The notes under the pieces are model-generated. The model was not told where the DNA came from. It saw only the letters and a program-made list of their open reading frames with translations, and did no database searches. A program made the position numbers and the translations under genes. 24,976 nt of DNA from Candidatus Odinarchaeia archaeon (lineage in GTDB: Archaea; Asgardarchaeota; Odinarchaeia; Odinarchaeales; Odinarchaeaceae), in NCBI GenBank assembly GCA_029856525.1, contig JAHQXC010000010.1, positions 1-24,976 on the forward strand. Direction: 5' to 3'. Each line of letters begins with the position of its first letter. The stretch's first letter is position 1. Positions 1 through 8,804 of the stretch are shown here, piece after piece.

Positions 1-41
1 TCTATGAACTCTGATGCAGAGTTTATTACATCTTTTTCCAT
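1..41 (-). CDS. N-terminus of a divergent gene running off the window (MEKDVINSASEFI...), product unknown
   Basis: ATG at 41-39 preceded by GGAGA, open to the window edge; TTTTATTA TATA-like box at 67-60. Not in the ORF track (under 60 aa). Confidence 0.45.
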   Translation of the reverse strand, partial: MEKDVINSASEFI

Positions 42-59
42 CAGGGTTCTCCGTTGAAA

Positions 60-86
60 TAATAAAAGTGTAAAACGCTTATATAC
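60..86. promoter_or_regulatory. Back-to-back archaeal promoters: minus TTTTATTA (67-60) and plus AAAACGC-TTATATAC (BRE/TATA, about 72-86)
   Basis: TATA-like octamers at canonical distance from the divergent ATGs at 41 and 115. Confidence 0.45.
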
Positions 87-114
87 TAGTTTAAGGGATT
101 GATTACAGATTTAA

Positions 115-1035
115 ATGGTAAAAAAATCTGTGAAACTACGCGCTTGGATAGCTCTTTCACGTCTACCCTTCCACACAGTTGGGGTTTTACCTTTCACACT
201 CGGAGGGGTTCTAGCATGGTCGCTTAAAGGCGTCTTCCGCTGTGATGTCTTCGCTTTAGGTACACTAGGCGTAGTATTCGTGATGCTAGCCACCTATTAT
301 GCTGGAGAATATTGGGATTACATGGAGGATTCGCTTTCAACAGGTTGCAAGGCCAGCCGGTTTTCCGGAGGTTCAAAGGTTTTACAGCGTAGACTCTTAC
401 CCAAGCAGGCGGCGTTAGAGGCGTCTCTTATCAGCTTAATAATGGCGGTCATCGTAGGGTTGATACTGCAATTAGGCTATAAGACAGGGATATTAACGAT
501 CCCGCTAGGTTTAATAGGGTTAATCGGCGGTTTTTTCTATTCCACTCCGCCTATCCGGTGGGTTAGAACTGGATTAGGAGAGCTGTGGATAGCTTTATGC
601 TATGGGTGGTTGCCTGTAACTGTAGGATATTATCTGCAAACAATGGAGATAACGCCGTTGATACATTTAATAGCGCTCCCCGTCTGTTTTACCATCTTCA
701 ATGTAATACTGCTTAATGAATTCCCGGATTATCAAGCTGATTTAGCCTCTGAGAAGAATAATCTTTCAGTGCGGCTGGGATTAGAACGCGCATCCTATCT
801 TTATGCTTCTGCAGGTGTTGGAAGCTGGGTGACGGTGATCGTGTCAATAGCGTTCGGCGCCCCTATACATGTTTTATGGTTTTATCCGCCTGTGTTAGTA
901 GTATCGCTTATCCTTGTCCTATTAGTAATAAGAGGATTATGGCGTGACCGCGCGATATTAGAGAAGCTTTGCGCAGTAAACTTGATTGTGAATCTGGCTA
1001 CTACACTAGTTTACATTCTAGCCTTCATTGTGTGA
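115..1035 (+). CDS. menA: UbiA-superfamily prenyltransferase, MenA/UBIAD1-like (1,4-dihydroxy-2-naphthoate polyprenyltransferase-like)
   Basis: Multiple TM segments; N-terminal W..LSRLP; GEYWDYMED; FFYSTPPIRWVRTGLGE; NEFPDYQADLASEKNNLSVRLG matching the MenA NNxxDxxxDxxxxKxTLxVRLG motif. Confidence 0.75.
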   Translation: MVKKSVKLRAWIALSRLPFHTVGVLPFTLGGVLAWSLKGVFRCDVFALGTLGVVFVMLATYYAGEYWDYMEDSLSTGCKASRFSGGSKVLQRRLLPKQAALEASLISLIMAVIVGLILQLGYKTGILTIPLGLIGLIGGFFYSTPPIRWVRTGLGELWIALCYGWLPVTVGYYLQTMEITPLIHLIALPVCFTIFNVILLNEFPDYQADLASEKNNLSVRLGLERASYLYASAGVGSWVTVIVSIAFGAPIHVLWFYPPVLVVSLILVLLVIRGLWRDRAILEKLCAVNLIVNLATTLVYILAFIV

Positions 1036-1242
1036 CTCCCCCAACTCTAATTAACAGTGTTCCCTCATCTTTTATGAGAGTAGTGTTTGACGGAAACCTG
1101 TTAAGGCGAGTGTTCTTTCCTCAGCAACAACACCACATATCTGTCTAAGCACTCACTCATTAATAATGCCTGGTTTACCGTATCATAATTTCCGGGAAGA
1201 TCATGACGTATATCATGGAAACTTGATCGCTGCGTCAACAAG

Positions 1243-1250
1243 TTTATATT
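1243..1250 (+). promoter_or_regulatory. TATA box (TTTATATT) of the prenyl-PP synthase gene, probably a leaderless transcript
   Basis: Octamer begins 32 nt upstream of TTG 1275; no SD in between. Confidence 0.45.
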
Positions 1251-1274
1251 CGCGGTTAGATTAGGGTACTTGAG

Positions 1275-2126
1275 TTGGGAAAATTGAATGTAAACGTGGA
1301 GGAGAATACGCCAAATAATTTTTTAATGATGGTTGAAGAATACCGGCGTAGAGTGGATGAAGCTCTTTTAACAGAGTTGGATAAGCGTAAAGAATCTGTT
1401 TTCTATGAGCCTTTCAAGAAAGCGATGAAAGAAGGTAAACGTTTACGTCCCATCCTGCTTTTACTATCCTTTGAAAGCGTAGACGGGGAGAAGTTAAACC
1501 CGCTTCCAGCCGCAGCCGCTGTGGAGCTTACACACTTAGAGTCACTTATCCACGATGACATTATCGACAAAGACACTATGAGAAGAGGTGCAGCTGCGTT
1601 TCATGTCTCATACGGCTATGAGCAAGCTCTTTTAGGAGCTGATTATATTTTCGCTGTAATTTTACAGTTGATCACATTCTACAAGGATAGTAGGATCACA
1701 GGCGCTTTAGCTTCAGCGACTTCAAGAATGTGTGAAGGCCAGCTTTCAGAGCTGATGGTTTATAGGAGAAGAGAGAAAATAAGTGTTGAAGAATACGTTA
1801 ACATTGTTTATAATAAAACAGCTTCACTTTTTGAGGCTTCAGCAGCTATCGGTGCGATAGCAGGCGGAGCTGGGAAAGAGGAAATCGAAGCGTTATCCGA
1901 TTATGGTAGAATGATTGGAGTAGCATACCAGATTCAAGACGATTTCACAGATTTACAGGTAGATAAAATAAATAATATTCTAAGCTTACTAGAGGATAGG
2001 GGCAGGGTTCGAGCACTATCCGAATCATATATTGTAAAAGCGAAAGATCTGGTTGAAAAATTTAAGGAAAGTAGGGCTAAGAAACTTCTTTTAGAATTAG
2101 CGGATTACGTGATCTGCAAGCGATAA
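1275..2126 (+). CDS. Trans-isoprenyl (polyprenyl) diphosphate synthase, short form
   Basis: GKRLRP, FARM LIHDDIIDKDTMRRG, GQ, NKTASLF, SARM YQIQDDFTD. Confidence 0.92.
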   Translation: MGKLNVNVEENTPNNFLMMVEEYRRRVDEALLTELDKRKESVFYEPFKKAMKEGKRLRPILLLLSFESVDGEKLNPLPAAAAVELTHLESLIHDDIIDKDTMRRGAAAFHVSYGYEQALLGADYIFAVILQLITFYKDSRITGALASATSRMCEGQLSELMVYRRREKISVEEYVNIVYNKTASLFEASAAIGAIAGGAGKEEIEALSDYGRMIGVAYQIQDDFTDLQVDKINNILSLLEDRGRVRALSESYIVKAKDLVEKFKESRAKKLLLELADYVICKR

Positions 2127-2189
2127 GAGTTAAAAATATTAAGAAAAAGTTGTTAAACTGGTAAGATAAGCCTGTTTTATTTAATACTT

Positions 2190-2453
2190 TTATTCTTTAC
2201 TTGAGAATACTTCTTCTATGTCTAAGCATACTATTGTTTCAGTGCTCATGATTCCAGGTATGTTTCTAAGCTTGACAGCCATGTGGACACCTTGGCTTAG
2301 GTCAGGTGCTTCATGAAGAACTACAACGTCTTTTTTACCGAATGTAAGATAGACTCCTTTAACTCCTTTAATACTAGGGATTTTATGAGCGACCGCAAGG
2401 TAGGCTTCTTTTTCTCTTTTAGGCTCTATATTAGCGAATGTGATGAACTGCAT
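2190..2453 (-). CDS. Stand-alone Lrp/AsnC ligand-binding (RAM) domain protein, no HTH
   Basis: 87 aa; IPSIKGVKGVYLTFGKKDVVV...LRNIPGIMSTETIV pattern; SD GAGGTG upstream. Confidence 0.75.
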   Translation of the reverse strand: MQFITFANIEPKREKEAYLAVAHKIPSIKGVKGVYLTFGKKDVVVLHEAPDLSQGVHMAVKLRNIPGIMSTETIVCLDIEEVFSSKE

Positions 2454-2559
2454 TTTTCAATTTCACCTCTCATCGATTATTTTTAATAGATTTGTAAATT
2501 CACCTTGTATTAAACTTATATTTATCCTGTTAAAAAATTAGATTACACTAGTTTAAGAG

Positions 2560-3969
2560 GTGGACTTGTTGCAATCTGAGAGAGAGGTTTTAGAACAGAT
2601 GAAGCGTCTGATAGAGCCTGGGTCTATAGCTATTGTAGGCGCCTCCGACCAGATATCTAAGGTTGGCGGTACGATCACTCATAATCTTATTACAAGCGAC
2701 TATCACGGTAAAGTCTACCTGGTTAACCCGAAGAAGGATACCATCTACGGTCGAAGAGTTTACAAGAGTGTTCTCGATATTGAAGATGAAGTGGATTTAG
2801 TGGAGATTGTTGTACCCGCCCCCCAGGTTCCCCAAGTTTTAGAGGAGGCTGGTAGGAAGGGTGTTAAAGGTGCTGTGATAATCTCCTCAGGGTTCAGTGA
2901 AGTAGGGAACTTTGAGCTACAGGAGCAGGTTTACAATATCGGTAGAAAATATGGGATGAGGTTAATAGGCCCTAACTGTTTCGGTATAGTTAACACGGGT
3001 ATAGGTTTAGATTTAACCTTCACATTTACTCGTGCAACTAAAGGTAATATTTCTTTTATTTCTCAGAGCGGGGCTATGTGTTGTGGAGCTCTCGATTGGG
3101 CTGCTTTAAATGAAGTAGGGTTCGCGAAGTTTATTAATTTAGGGAATAAAGTGGATGTTGATGAGGCGGATGTACTAGTTTATTTGAAGAATGATGAACA
3201 GACTAAGGTTATAGCGATGTATATTGAAGGCTTTAAGAATGGCCGCCACTTTTACGAGGTGGCTAGAGAGGTTTGCAAGGTTAAGCCTGTTATAGCCTTG
3301 AAAGCGGGTTTCAGTGAAGCAGGGTCCAGGGCGTCCCGCTCTCATACAGGCTCTCTTTCAGGGTCAGATCAGGTTATCAGCGCTGCTTTTAAACAAGCCG
3401 GTATTATAAGAGTTTACGATATAGAGGCTTTACTTGAGTCCGCTGTAGTCTTCGCGGAGCAGCCTCCCCCAGAAGGCTCTAATGTGGCTATAGTTTCAAA
3501 CGCAGGCGGACTCGGGGTTATGACAGCTGACTGGTTGAGTAGCCTAGGTTTCAATATACCTGTTTTATCAAGTGAGGTTCAGTCGAGAATAAAATCGAGT
3601 ATTTTAGATATAGGCTCACCGGTTAACCCTATAGATATGACCGGGGCAGCAGACTATAATTCCTATTATAACGTTATAAGAGCTTTAATGGAGGAGCCTA
3701 GTATACATTTAATCGTGCCTATTTATGTTTCTCAAGGACTGGTAACCTCTGATATCCCTGCTAGAGCTGTAGTGGATGTGCTTAAAGAGTACGAGAAAAC
3801 CACGCTTAGCTTCTGGGTTGGCGGTGCAAGTATCATGGAAGGTCGGATGATTCTTAGAAGAAACCGGGTTCCATGTTTCAGCTCAGCGGAGCGTTTAGCT
3901 AAAGCGGCTAAAGCAATGTACGATTACACCGTTTTTAGAAGAAGACGTGAAGAGGATGATTGTAATTGA
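2560..3969 (+). CDS. acdA: ADP-forming acyl-CoA synthetase (acetate-CoA ligase) alpha subunit
   Basis: PGSIAIVGAS, RLIGPNCFG, FISQSGA, NLGNKVDV, phospho-His SHTGSL, NAGGLGVM, NPIDMTG. True start may be TTG 2569, because the track's GTG lies inside a GAGGTG SD. Confidence 0.88.
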   Translation: MDLLQSEREVLEQMKRLIEPGSIAIVGASDQISKVGGTITHNLITSDYHGKVYLVNPKKDTIYGRRVYKSVLDIEDEVDLVEIVVPAPQVPQVLEEAGRKGVKGAVIISSGFSEVGNFELQEQVYNIGRKYGMRLIGPNCFGIVNTGIGLDLTFTFTRATKGNISFISQSGAMCCGALDWAALNEVGFAKFINLGNKVDVDEADVLVYLKNDEQTKVIAMYIEGFKNGRHFYEVAREVCKVKPVIALKAGFSEAGSRASRSHTGSLSGSDQVISAAFKQAGIIRVYDIEALLESAVVFAEQPPPEGSNVAIVSNAGGLGVMTADWLSSLGFNIPVLSSEVQSRIKSSILDIGSPVNPIDMTGAADYNSYYNVIRALMEEPSIHLIVPIYVSQGLVTSDIPARAVVDVLKEYEKTTLSFWVGGASIMEGRMILRRNRVPCFSSAERLAKAAKAMYDYTVFRRRREEDDCN

Positions 3970-4580
3970 AGATAATCAAAGTGGATTCAGTGAACCCTGA
4001 TTTAAAGGTTTTAAGAGAAGCAGCGGATGCGATTAAGAAAGGGTGTTTAGTCGCCTACCCTACAGATACACTTTACGGATTATGCACTAATCCTTTCAGT
4101 GAAGAAGCTGTTAGAAGACTTTTCTCAGCTAAGAGAAGAAGCCTAGAGAAAGGTTTACCTATCCTAGTTGAGAGTGTTAAAATATTAGATAGAATCGCTT
4201 ACGTTAACCCTTTGGCGGTTAAACTGGTTGAGAGATTTTGGCCTGGAGCTCTGACTCTGATAGTTGATAAGAAAAAAACTATCCCGGATATTGTGACGGG
4301 CGGTGATAGTATTGCTGTGAGAATGCCCGCTTCTAAGATTACCCTTAAACTTGCAGGTTTATGCGGTGGTTTTCTCATTGGAACAAGCGCGAATATTTCT
4401 GGTTCAATAAAAGCCCCTGATCGCGTTGAAGTTGTGGTTGAAGAACTAGGGGAAGCGGTGGATTTAATACTAGACGGAGGTAGAACAGGAGGGCTGCCGT
4501 CTACGATAGTTGACGTGAGGAAGGGGGTTATTAAAATTATTAGAGAAGGGGCTATTCCAGCTTCTAATCTAAGTTTTTAA
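3966..4580 (+). CDS. tsaC: L-threonylcarbamoyladenylate synthase, single-domain YrdC/TsaC type
   Basis: AYPTDTLYGL, KRR...KGLPIL, FWPGALTLI, AVRMP, GTSANISG, PSTIVD; no C-terminal SUA5 domain; 4-nt overlap with acdA stop. Confidence 0.92.
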   Translation: MKIIKVDSVNPDLKVLREAADAIKKGCLVAYPTDTLYGLCTNPFSEEAVRRLFSAKRRSLEKGLPILVESVKILDRIAYVNPLAVKLVERFWPGALTLIVDKKKTIPDIVTGGDSIAVRMPASKITLKLAGLCGGFLIGTSANISGSIKAPDRVEVVVEELGEAVDLILDGGRTGGLPSTIVDVRKGVIKIIREGAIPASNLSF

Positions 4581-5098
4581 AAAGGTTTTTTAACGATAAG
4601 CGAGTCATCTAGTAAGCTTACACCGCAGAATCCGTCTAATACCTCTAATAATATAATTTTATCAGGATGCTCTAAGTCTACTCTCCTATCGATTTTGCAG
4701 GCGATTTTATTTATTAAAATCTGTGTGTTAAATTTTTTACCTCGATTATTCACTTGAATTTTAAATTTCTCACCTATTTTTATCTGGGCTGCGAGCTCTA
4801 AGCTTGCGCGGATTATTTCATCTTCATTTAAATCCGTAGTTTTATGCAGTGGAATTAGCCTTGAGAAATTACCTAGATACCATTTATTCTCGTTAAGCTT
4901 GTTTTTTATAAACGATATAACATGCGATAAACTCTTAGATGTGTAAGCGTAGACGACGCCGGGGTAAGATGAGAGTTCACATTCAGCTTGCGAATCCAGT
5001 AGATCGCTTTTTAAAATGAAATAAAGATTTGAAGCGATTTTATCCTCTATTCCTCTAGGGCATGTGACTAATAGATTTATCTTCTCCAGTTCAGCCAC
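4577..5098 (-). CDS. THUMP domain protein without catalytic domain (Tan1/THUMPD1-like)
   Basis: N-terminal LLVTCPRGIE ferredoxin-like part; THUMP KFKIQVNNRG...RVDLEHPDKIILLEV. Confidence 0.82.
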   Translation of the reverse strand: MAELEKINLLVTCPRGIEDKIASNLYFILKSDLLDSQAECELSSYPGVVYAYTSKSLSHVISFIKNKLNENKWYLGNFSRLIPLHKTTDLNEDEIIRASLELAAQIKIGEKFKIQVNNRGKKFNTQILINKIACKIDRRVDLEHPDKIILLEVLDGFCGVSLLDDSLIVKKPF

Positions 5099-5692
5099 CT
5101 ATTTTTTTATTATAAGAGCGGCTATACGGTTTATTATAAGTTTAAGTATAAGTGTTTTACTTGACTCAAAATTATCCCGGTCTTCTAGTAAACTGTTAAA
5201 TTCAATGTCTGAGATTTGAAACAATCTTTTCAACCTGAGAATTTTACTCTCATCTATATCTAATAGTTCAAGCTGCTCTTTTAAATTATACTCGTTAATT
5301 ATTCTCAGAATTTCATCTCTAATCTCTTTTTCATCTAACCCTAGGCTTAACACTGCTATCCGCTTATCACCTTCTTTAACTCCTACAAGGTTTATAGCGT
5401 CAGATAACTGTTTCTGAGCTGAAACCCACCGTAACAATTCTAGCTCGACTGATTTTATTTTTGTAGATAAGGTGATTAGACTTTTAACGGTGAAATAAGC
5501 CGCTGTGTACAGGTGCATCCAGCCTGCTATATTATCCGCGTTAAAAAATTGAATTAAAGGTTTCCCGCTTATTTCATTTGAGCGCGTTATATGCGCTAGT
5601 AGCTGAGTTGAATCGTTAAGACCTGTGATGTTAAAAGCGGTTATACCCACAGCGTAATCTGTGAAAGGGGATTCAAGCCTTTTTATAATCAA
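5099..5692 (-). CDS. cgi121: KEOPS complex subunit Cgi121
   Basis: IQFFNADNIAGWMHL...ELELLRWVSAQKQLSDAINLVGVKEG family pattern. Confidence 0.8.
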   Translation of the reverse strand: MIIKRLESPFTDYAVGITAFNITGLNDSTQLLAHITRSNEISGKPLIQFFNADNIAGWMHLYTAAYFTVKSLITLSTKIKSVELELLRWVSAQKQLSDAINLVGVKEGDKRIAVLSLGLDEKEIRDEILRIINEYNLKEQLELLDIDESKILRLKRLFQISDIEFNSLLEDRDNFESSKTLILKLIINRIAALIIKK

Positions 5693-6285
5693 CGTACACT
5701 TCTCCCCTGTAAAATTAGGTTAATTGTAGCGTTAAATAAAGTGTTTGAAGGCGCGATCTCTCTAAGTTTTTTTAAAGCCTGGGTTTCATCTAAACCTTCC
5801 TTTTTAAAATTTTCAAACAGTTTTTTAACAGTCTCCCGGTACTCCCATGGATATATTATCCATTTATCAGTCTCCTTTATATAATAGTCGGGTGTGTAAA
5901 TAGACCATGGTTTTTTATGAAGACAGACCACGGTTATTCTACCGGCGTTTTTCTCAGTTAAATGATCGTAAGCGGCTTTAATGCTTTTACCTGTGTCAGC
6001 TACGTCATCGCATAGGAGAATATTTTTACCTTCAGGCGGAGTTGAGATAGGCTGAGTTATCACAGGCTTCTTCATAGTCTCCCCGATGTTAGTGTAAAAT
6101 TCTATTCTAATATTAGCCACATTTTTATTATCTAATAGATCGGATAGCATTCTACCGATAATCCACCCTCCGCGGGCGATTGCAACTATAATGTCATAGT
6201 TGACTTTTGAAGCTGTTATCCGACCGGCGAGTTCGATTAAATCTCTGTGAATCTCCTCCCAGCTAGGCAGATAGTATTCATTCAT
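5689..6285 (-). CDS. Type I phosphoribosyltransferase, archaeal purine (xanthine/guanine/hypoxanthine) PRTase-like
   Basis: VAIARGGWIIG, PRPP-binding ILLCDDVADTGKS, WIIYPWE. Confidence 0.88.
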   Translation of the reverse strand: MNEYYLPSWEEIHRDLIELAGRITASKVNYDIIVAIARGGWIIGRMLSDLLDNKNVANIRIEFYTNIGETMKKPVITQPISTPPEGKNILLCDDVADTGKSIKAAYDHLTEKNAGRITVVCLHKKPWSIYTPDYYIKETDKWIIYPWEYRETVKKLFENFKKEGLDETQALKKLREIAPSNTLFNATINLILQGRSVR

Positions 6286-6312
6286 TTTATAACACCTTTC
6301 ATAAATTTAGTT

Positions 6313-7077
6313 TTAGAAGGGAATACTCAATAATAATAGTGGAGGTAACCCTACTACAAATTTTATAATCACAGATATTATTATAGCTGCTAATAAAGTT
6401 ATCAAAACAGTGTAATCGCGTTTCCTCATTTTAAGTGGTAGCAGATATGTTCTATTAGGGTATGCGCCGAAGCCTCTGCTTTCAAGACTTTCAGCTATCG
6501 AGATAGCCCGCCTAATAGAGCTGACTATTAAAGGTATTATTATAGGTATGAAATTTTTTATTCTCTGTGTGAAACCGCCTTTCTCAAGCTCTAAGCCCCT
6601 TGACATCTGAGCTTCTCTTATAGTTTGAGCTTCATTCGCTATAGTTGGCACGTATCTTATCGCCATGCTCATAGCGAAAGCGAAGCTGAACGGTATTTTC
6701 ATCTGAATGAGGGCTTGAGATAACTCATCCGGGTGAACTGTTAAAAAGAATAGTGAAAAAGCTGTTATAAGCGAGAATATTCTTAAAACCATTGAAATAG
6801 CGAAGGATAATCCGTTGAATATAATGTTCACGAAGAGTATGAACACTATTAAAAGAGTTAATCCTTTAACTGTGCTAGTCCATTCTTTAATCGATTTAGC
6901 TATTAAAAGCAATGGAACTAATGAGAGAAATATTATTAGCAGGACTATCAGCTCGGTGAAGATTATACTTAAAGCTGAAACCCCTAATGCTAATGCTAGT
7001 TTAGTCCGCGGGTCTAAAGAGTGGATGAACGTTTTTTTCCTACGATATTTAAATGCTTCGAAAATATTGAAACTCAT
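6313..7077 (-). CDS. ecfT: ECF transporter transmembrane component T (CbiQ/EcfT)
   Basis: LDPRTKL; hydrophobic helices; AQMSRG and SLESRGFG Arg motifs. Confidence 0.92.
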   Translation of the reverse strand: MSFNIFEAFKYRRKKTFIHSLDPRTKLALALGVSALSIIFTELIVLLIIFLSLVPLLLIAKSIKEWTSTVKGLTLLIVFILFVNIIFNGLSFAISMVLRIFSLITAFSLFFLTVHPDELSQALIQMKIPFSFAFAMSMAIRYVPTIANEAQTIREAQMSRGLELEKGGFTQRIKNFIPIIIPLIVSSIRRAISIAESLESRGFGAYPNRTYLLPLKMRKRDYTVLITLLAAIIISVIIKFVVGLPPLLLLSIPF

Positions 7078-7901
7078 AAACCGCCTCCTATGATATGCTC
7101 TTTTAAAGCAGCGAGTAGTTGATCAACTGTTACAATATTCCTCGGTAAAGGCGTCCATTCCTCGCAGAGTCTCCAAGCGAATTCTGTTATCTGAGCTGGT
7201 GTTAAACTCGAATATTCAAGGATGCTTTTATTTGTGAGCACGTGTTGAACGCTTCCATCGCAGAGCACTCTCCCGCTTACTAAAACTATAATTCTAGGGT
7301 TAAGATCCACTATGAATTCAATGTCATGGGAGACGATTACGATTGTTTTCCCCTCTGAATTGAATCTTCTAATCAACTCTAAGAGATTATTCTTCTGAAT
7401 TATATCCTGCCCGGCTGTGGGCTCATCTAAAATAATTGTTTTAGGATTAGCGCAAAGCACTGAAGCTAAAGCGACTCTCTTCCTCTCCCCTCCGCTTAGA
7501 GAGAAAGGGGATTTCTCACGGTATTTGAGAAGATCGAATTCCTCGAGAGCTTTTACTTTAAGCTCCTCTAAGTTTTCTTGGAAGCCAAGATTTTTCAACG
7601 TGAACTCTATTTCCTTTTCAACTGTCTCAGCGAATAACTGGTGGTCGGCGTTTTGAAAAACAAAACCGACTTTTCTAGATAATTCCGCCACCGTCATTTT
7701 ATCGGTGCTAACACCGTCTACTAGCACTTTACCTTTCGAGGGTTTAAGCAACCCGTTGAAGTGTTTAACTAAAGTGGTTTTACCTGCACCGTTAGGCCCC
7801 ATGATAGCTACAAGCTCACCGTCTGAAATCTTTAAAGACACATCTCTTAAAGCTGTGGTGCCATCAGGGTAAGTGTAAGATAAGTCGATTACCTCTATCA
7901 T
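7074..7901 (-). CDS. ecfA2: ECF transporter ATPase (second A subunit)
   Basis: Walker A GPNGAGKT, FQNADHQLF, LSGGE, LDEPTAG, SHD. Confidence 0.92.
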   Translation of the reverse strand: MIEVIDLSYTYPDGTTALRDVSLKISDGELVAIMGPNGAGKTTLVKHFNGLLKPSKGKVLVDGVSTDKMTVAELSRKVGFVFQNADHQLFAETVEKEIEFTLKNLGFQENLEELKVKALEEFDLLKYREKSPFSLSGGERKRVALASVLCANPKTIILDEPTAGQDIIQKNNLLELIRRFNSEGKTIVIVSHDIEFIVDLNPRIIVLVSGRVLCDGSVQHVLTNKSILEYSSLTPAQITEFAWRLCEEWTPLPRNIVTVDQLLAALKEHIIGGGL

Positions 7902-8740
7902 TCTGATACCTTCTTTAAGGCTTCAACACCCTCTCTAATAGTTACCGGATTGGAGATTAATTTAGGATTAAGCTCCTTTAACTTTTTGAAGAATCTTATT
8001 AAACGTGGGATGTTAACTCCGCTTCTCTCAGCTTCATGTGAGTAAAGTACTTCGGAGGGTTTACCGTCAGCTATAATACGCCCGTTCTCCATGAGTATAA
8101 CACGGTTAACATAGTCCATTAAAAGTTCAAGTCTATGCTCGATGACTATTATTGTTAGATTAAGACTCTTGTTAAGGGTGTCTAATAATTCTATTATCAT
8201 CTTCGCGCTTTTAGGGTCAAGGTTAGCTGTAGGCTCATCTAATAATAAGATTCTAGGTTTCAGTGTGAGAGCTGAGGCGATAGCCACCCGCTGCTGCTCT
8301 CCTCCAGATAGTTCGATAGGAGTTTTATCTAGTAAATGTTTTAATTCAAGTTTTTCAGCGACCTCCATGATTCTCTTATTTATCTCCTCTCTCGGTATCC
8401 CCATATTCTCAGGGCCGAAGGCTAACTCTCTTAAAACGTTAAGTGAAACAAGCTGGTTTTCAGGGTTTTGGAACACTATACCAACGATTGTTGATAGGAA
8501 GGCTACCGTGCACTCGGTTGTTGAATAACCGTTTACAATTATCTCCCCTTCAAGCGCGCCTTGGTGAAAGTGAGGTATCAATCCGTTTATGCAGCGTATC
8601 AGAGTTGTTTTACCGCATCCAGTGGAACCGGTTAAGAGGATGAATTCTCCTTCGTCTATTTTCAAATTTATATCTTTAATCGCATAGCTCTCCGCGTCCC
8701 CGTATTTGAATGACACGTTTTTGAATTCAATTAACGGCAT
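7898..8740 (-). CDS. ecfA1: ECF transporter ATPase (first A subunit)
   Basis: GSTGCGKT, FQNPENQL, LSGGEQQR, LDEPTANLD, EHR; ATG 8740 preferred over the track's GTG 8749. Confidence 0.92.
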   Translation of the reverse strand: MPLIEFKNVSFKYGDAESYAIKDINLKIDEGEFILLTGSTGCGKTTLIRCINGLIPHFHQGALEGEIIVNGYSTTECTVAFLSTIVGIVFQNPENQLVSLNVLRELAFGPENMGIPREEINKRIMEVAEKLELKHLLDKTPIELSGGEQQRVAIASALTLKPRILLLDEPTANLDPKSAKMIIELLDTLNKSLNLTIIVIEHRLELLMDYVNRVILMENGRIIADGKPSEVLYSHEAERSGVNIPRLIRFFKKLKELNPKLISNPVTIREGVEALKKVSE

Positions 8741-8804
8741 ATAAGACACGTCTCAACTAGAGTTGATTACCAATAAACTTATCTCTGTTTAAAAAGCTTA
8801 GTCT

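Noticed and set aside
111-293. 60-aa minus-strand ORF
   Set aside because: Antisense shadow of menA.
115-1035. Horizontal acquisition of menA suggested by locally higher GC
   Set aside because: Spot counts gave similar GC in parts of acdA; the difference may reflect amino-acid composition and needs a computed codon/GC analysis.
1104-1245. About 46-codon minus-strand ORF in the menA-synthase spacer
   Set aside because: TTG start, no SD, no recognisable motif, and it overlaps the promoter palindromes.
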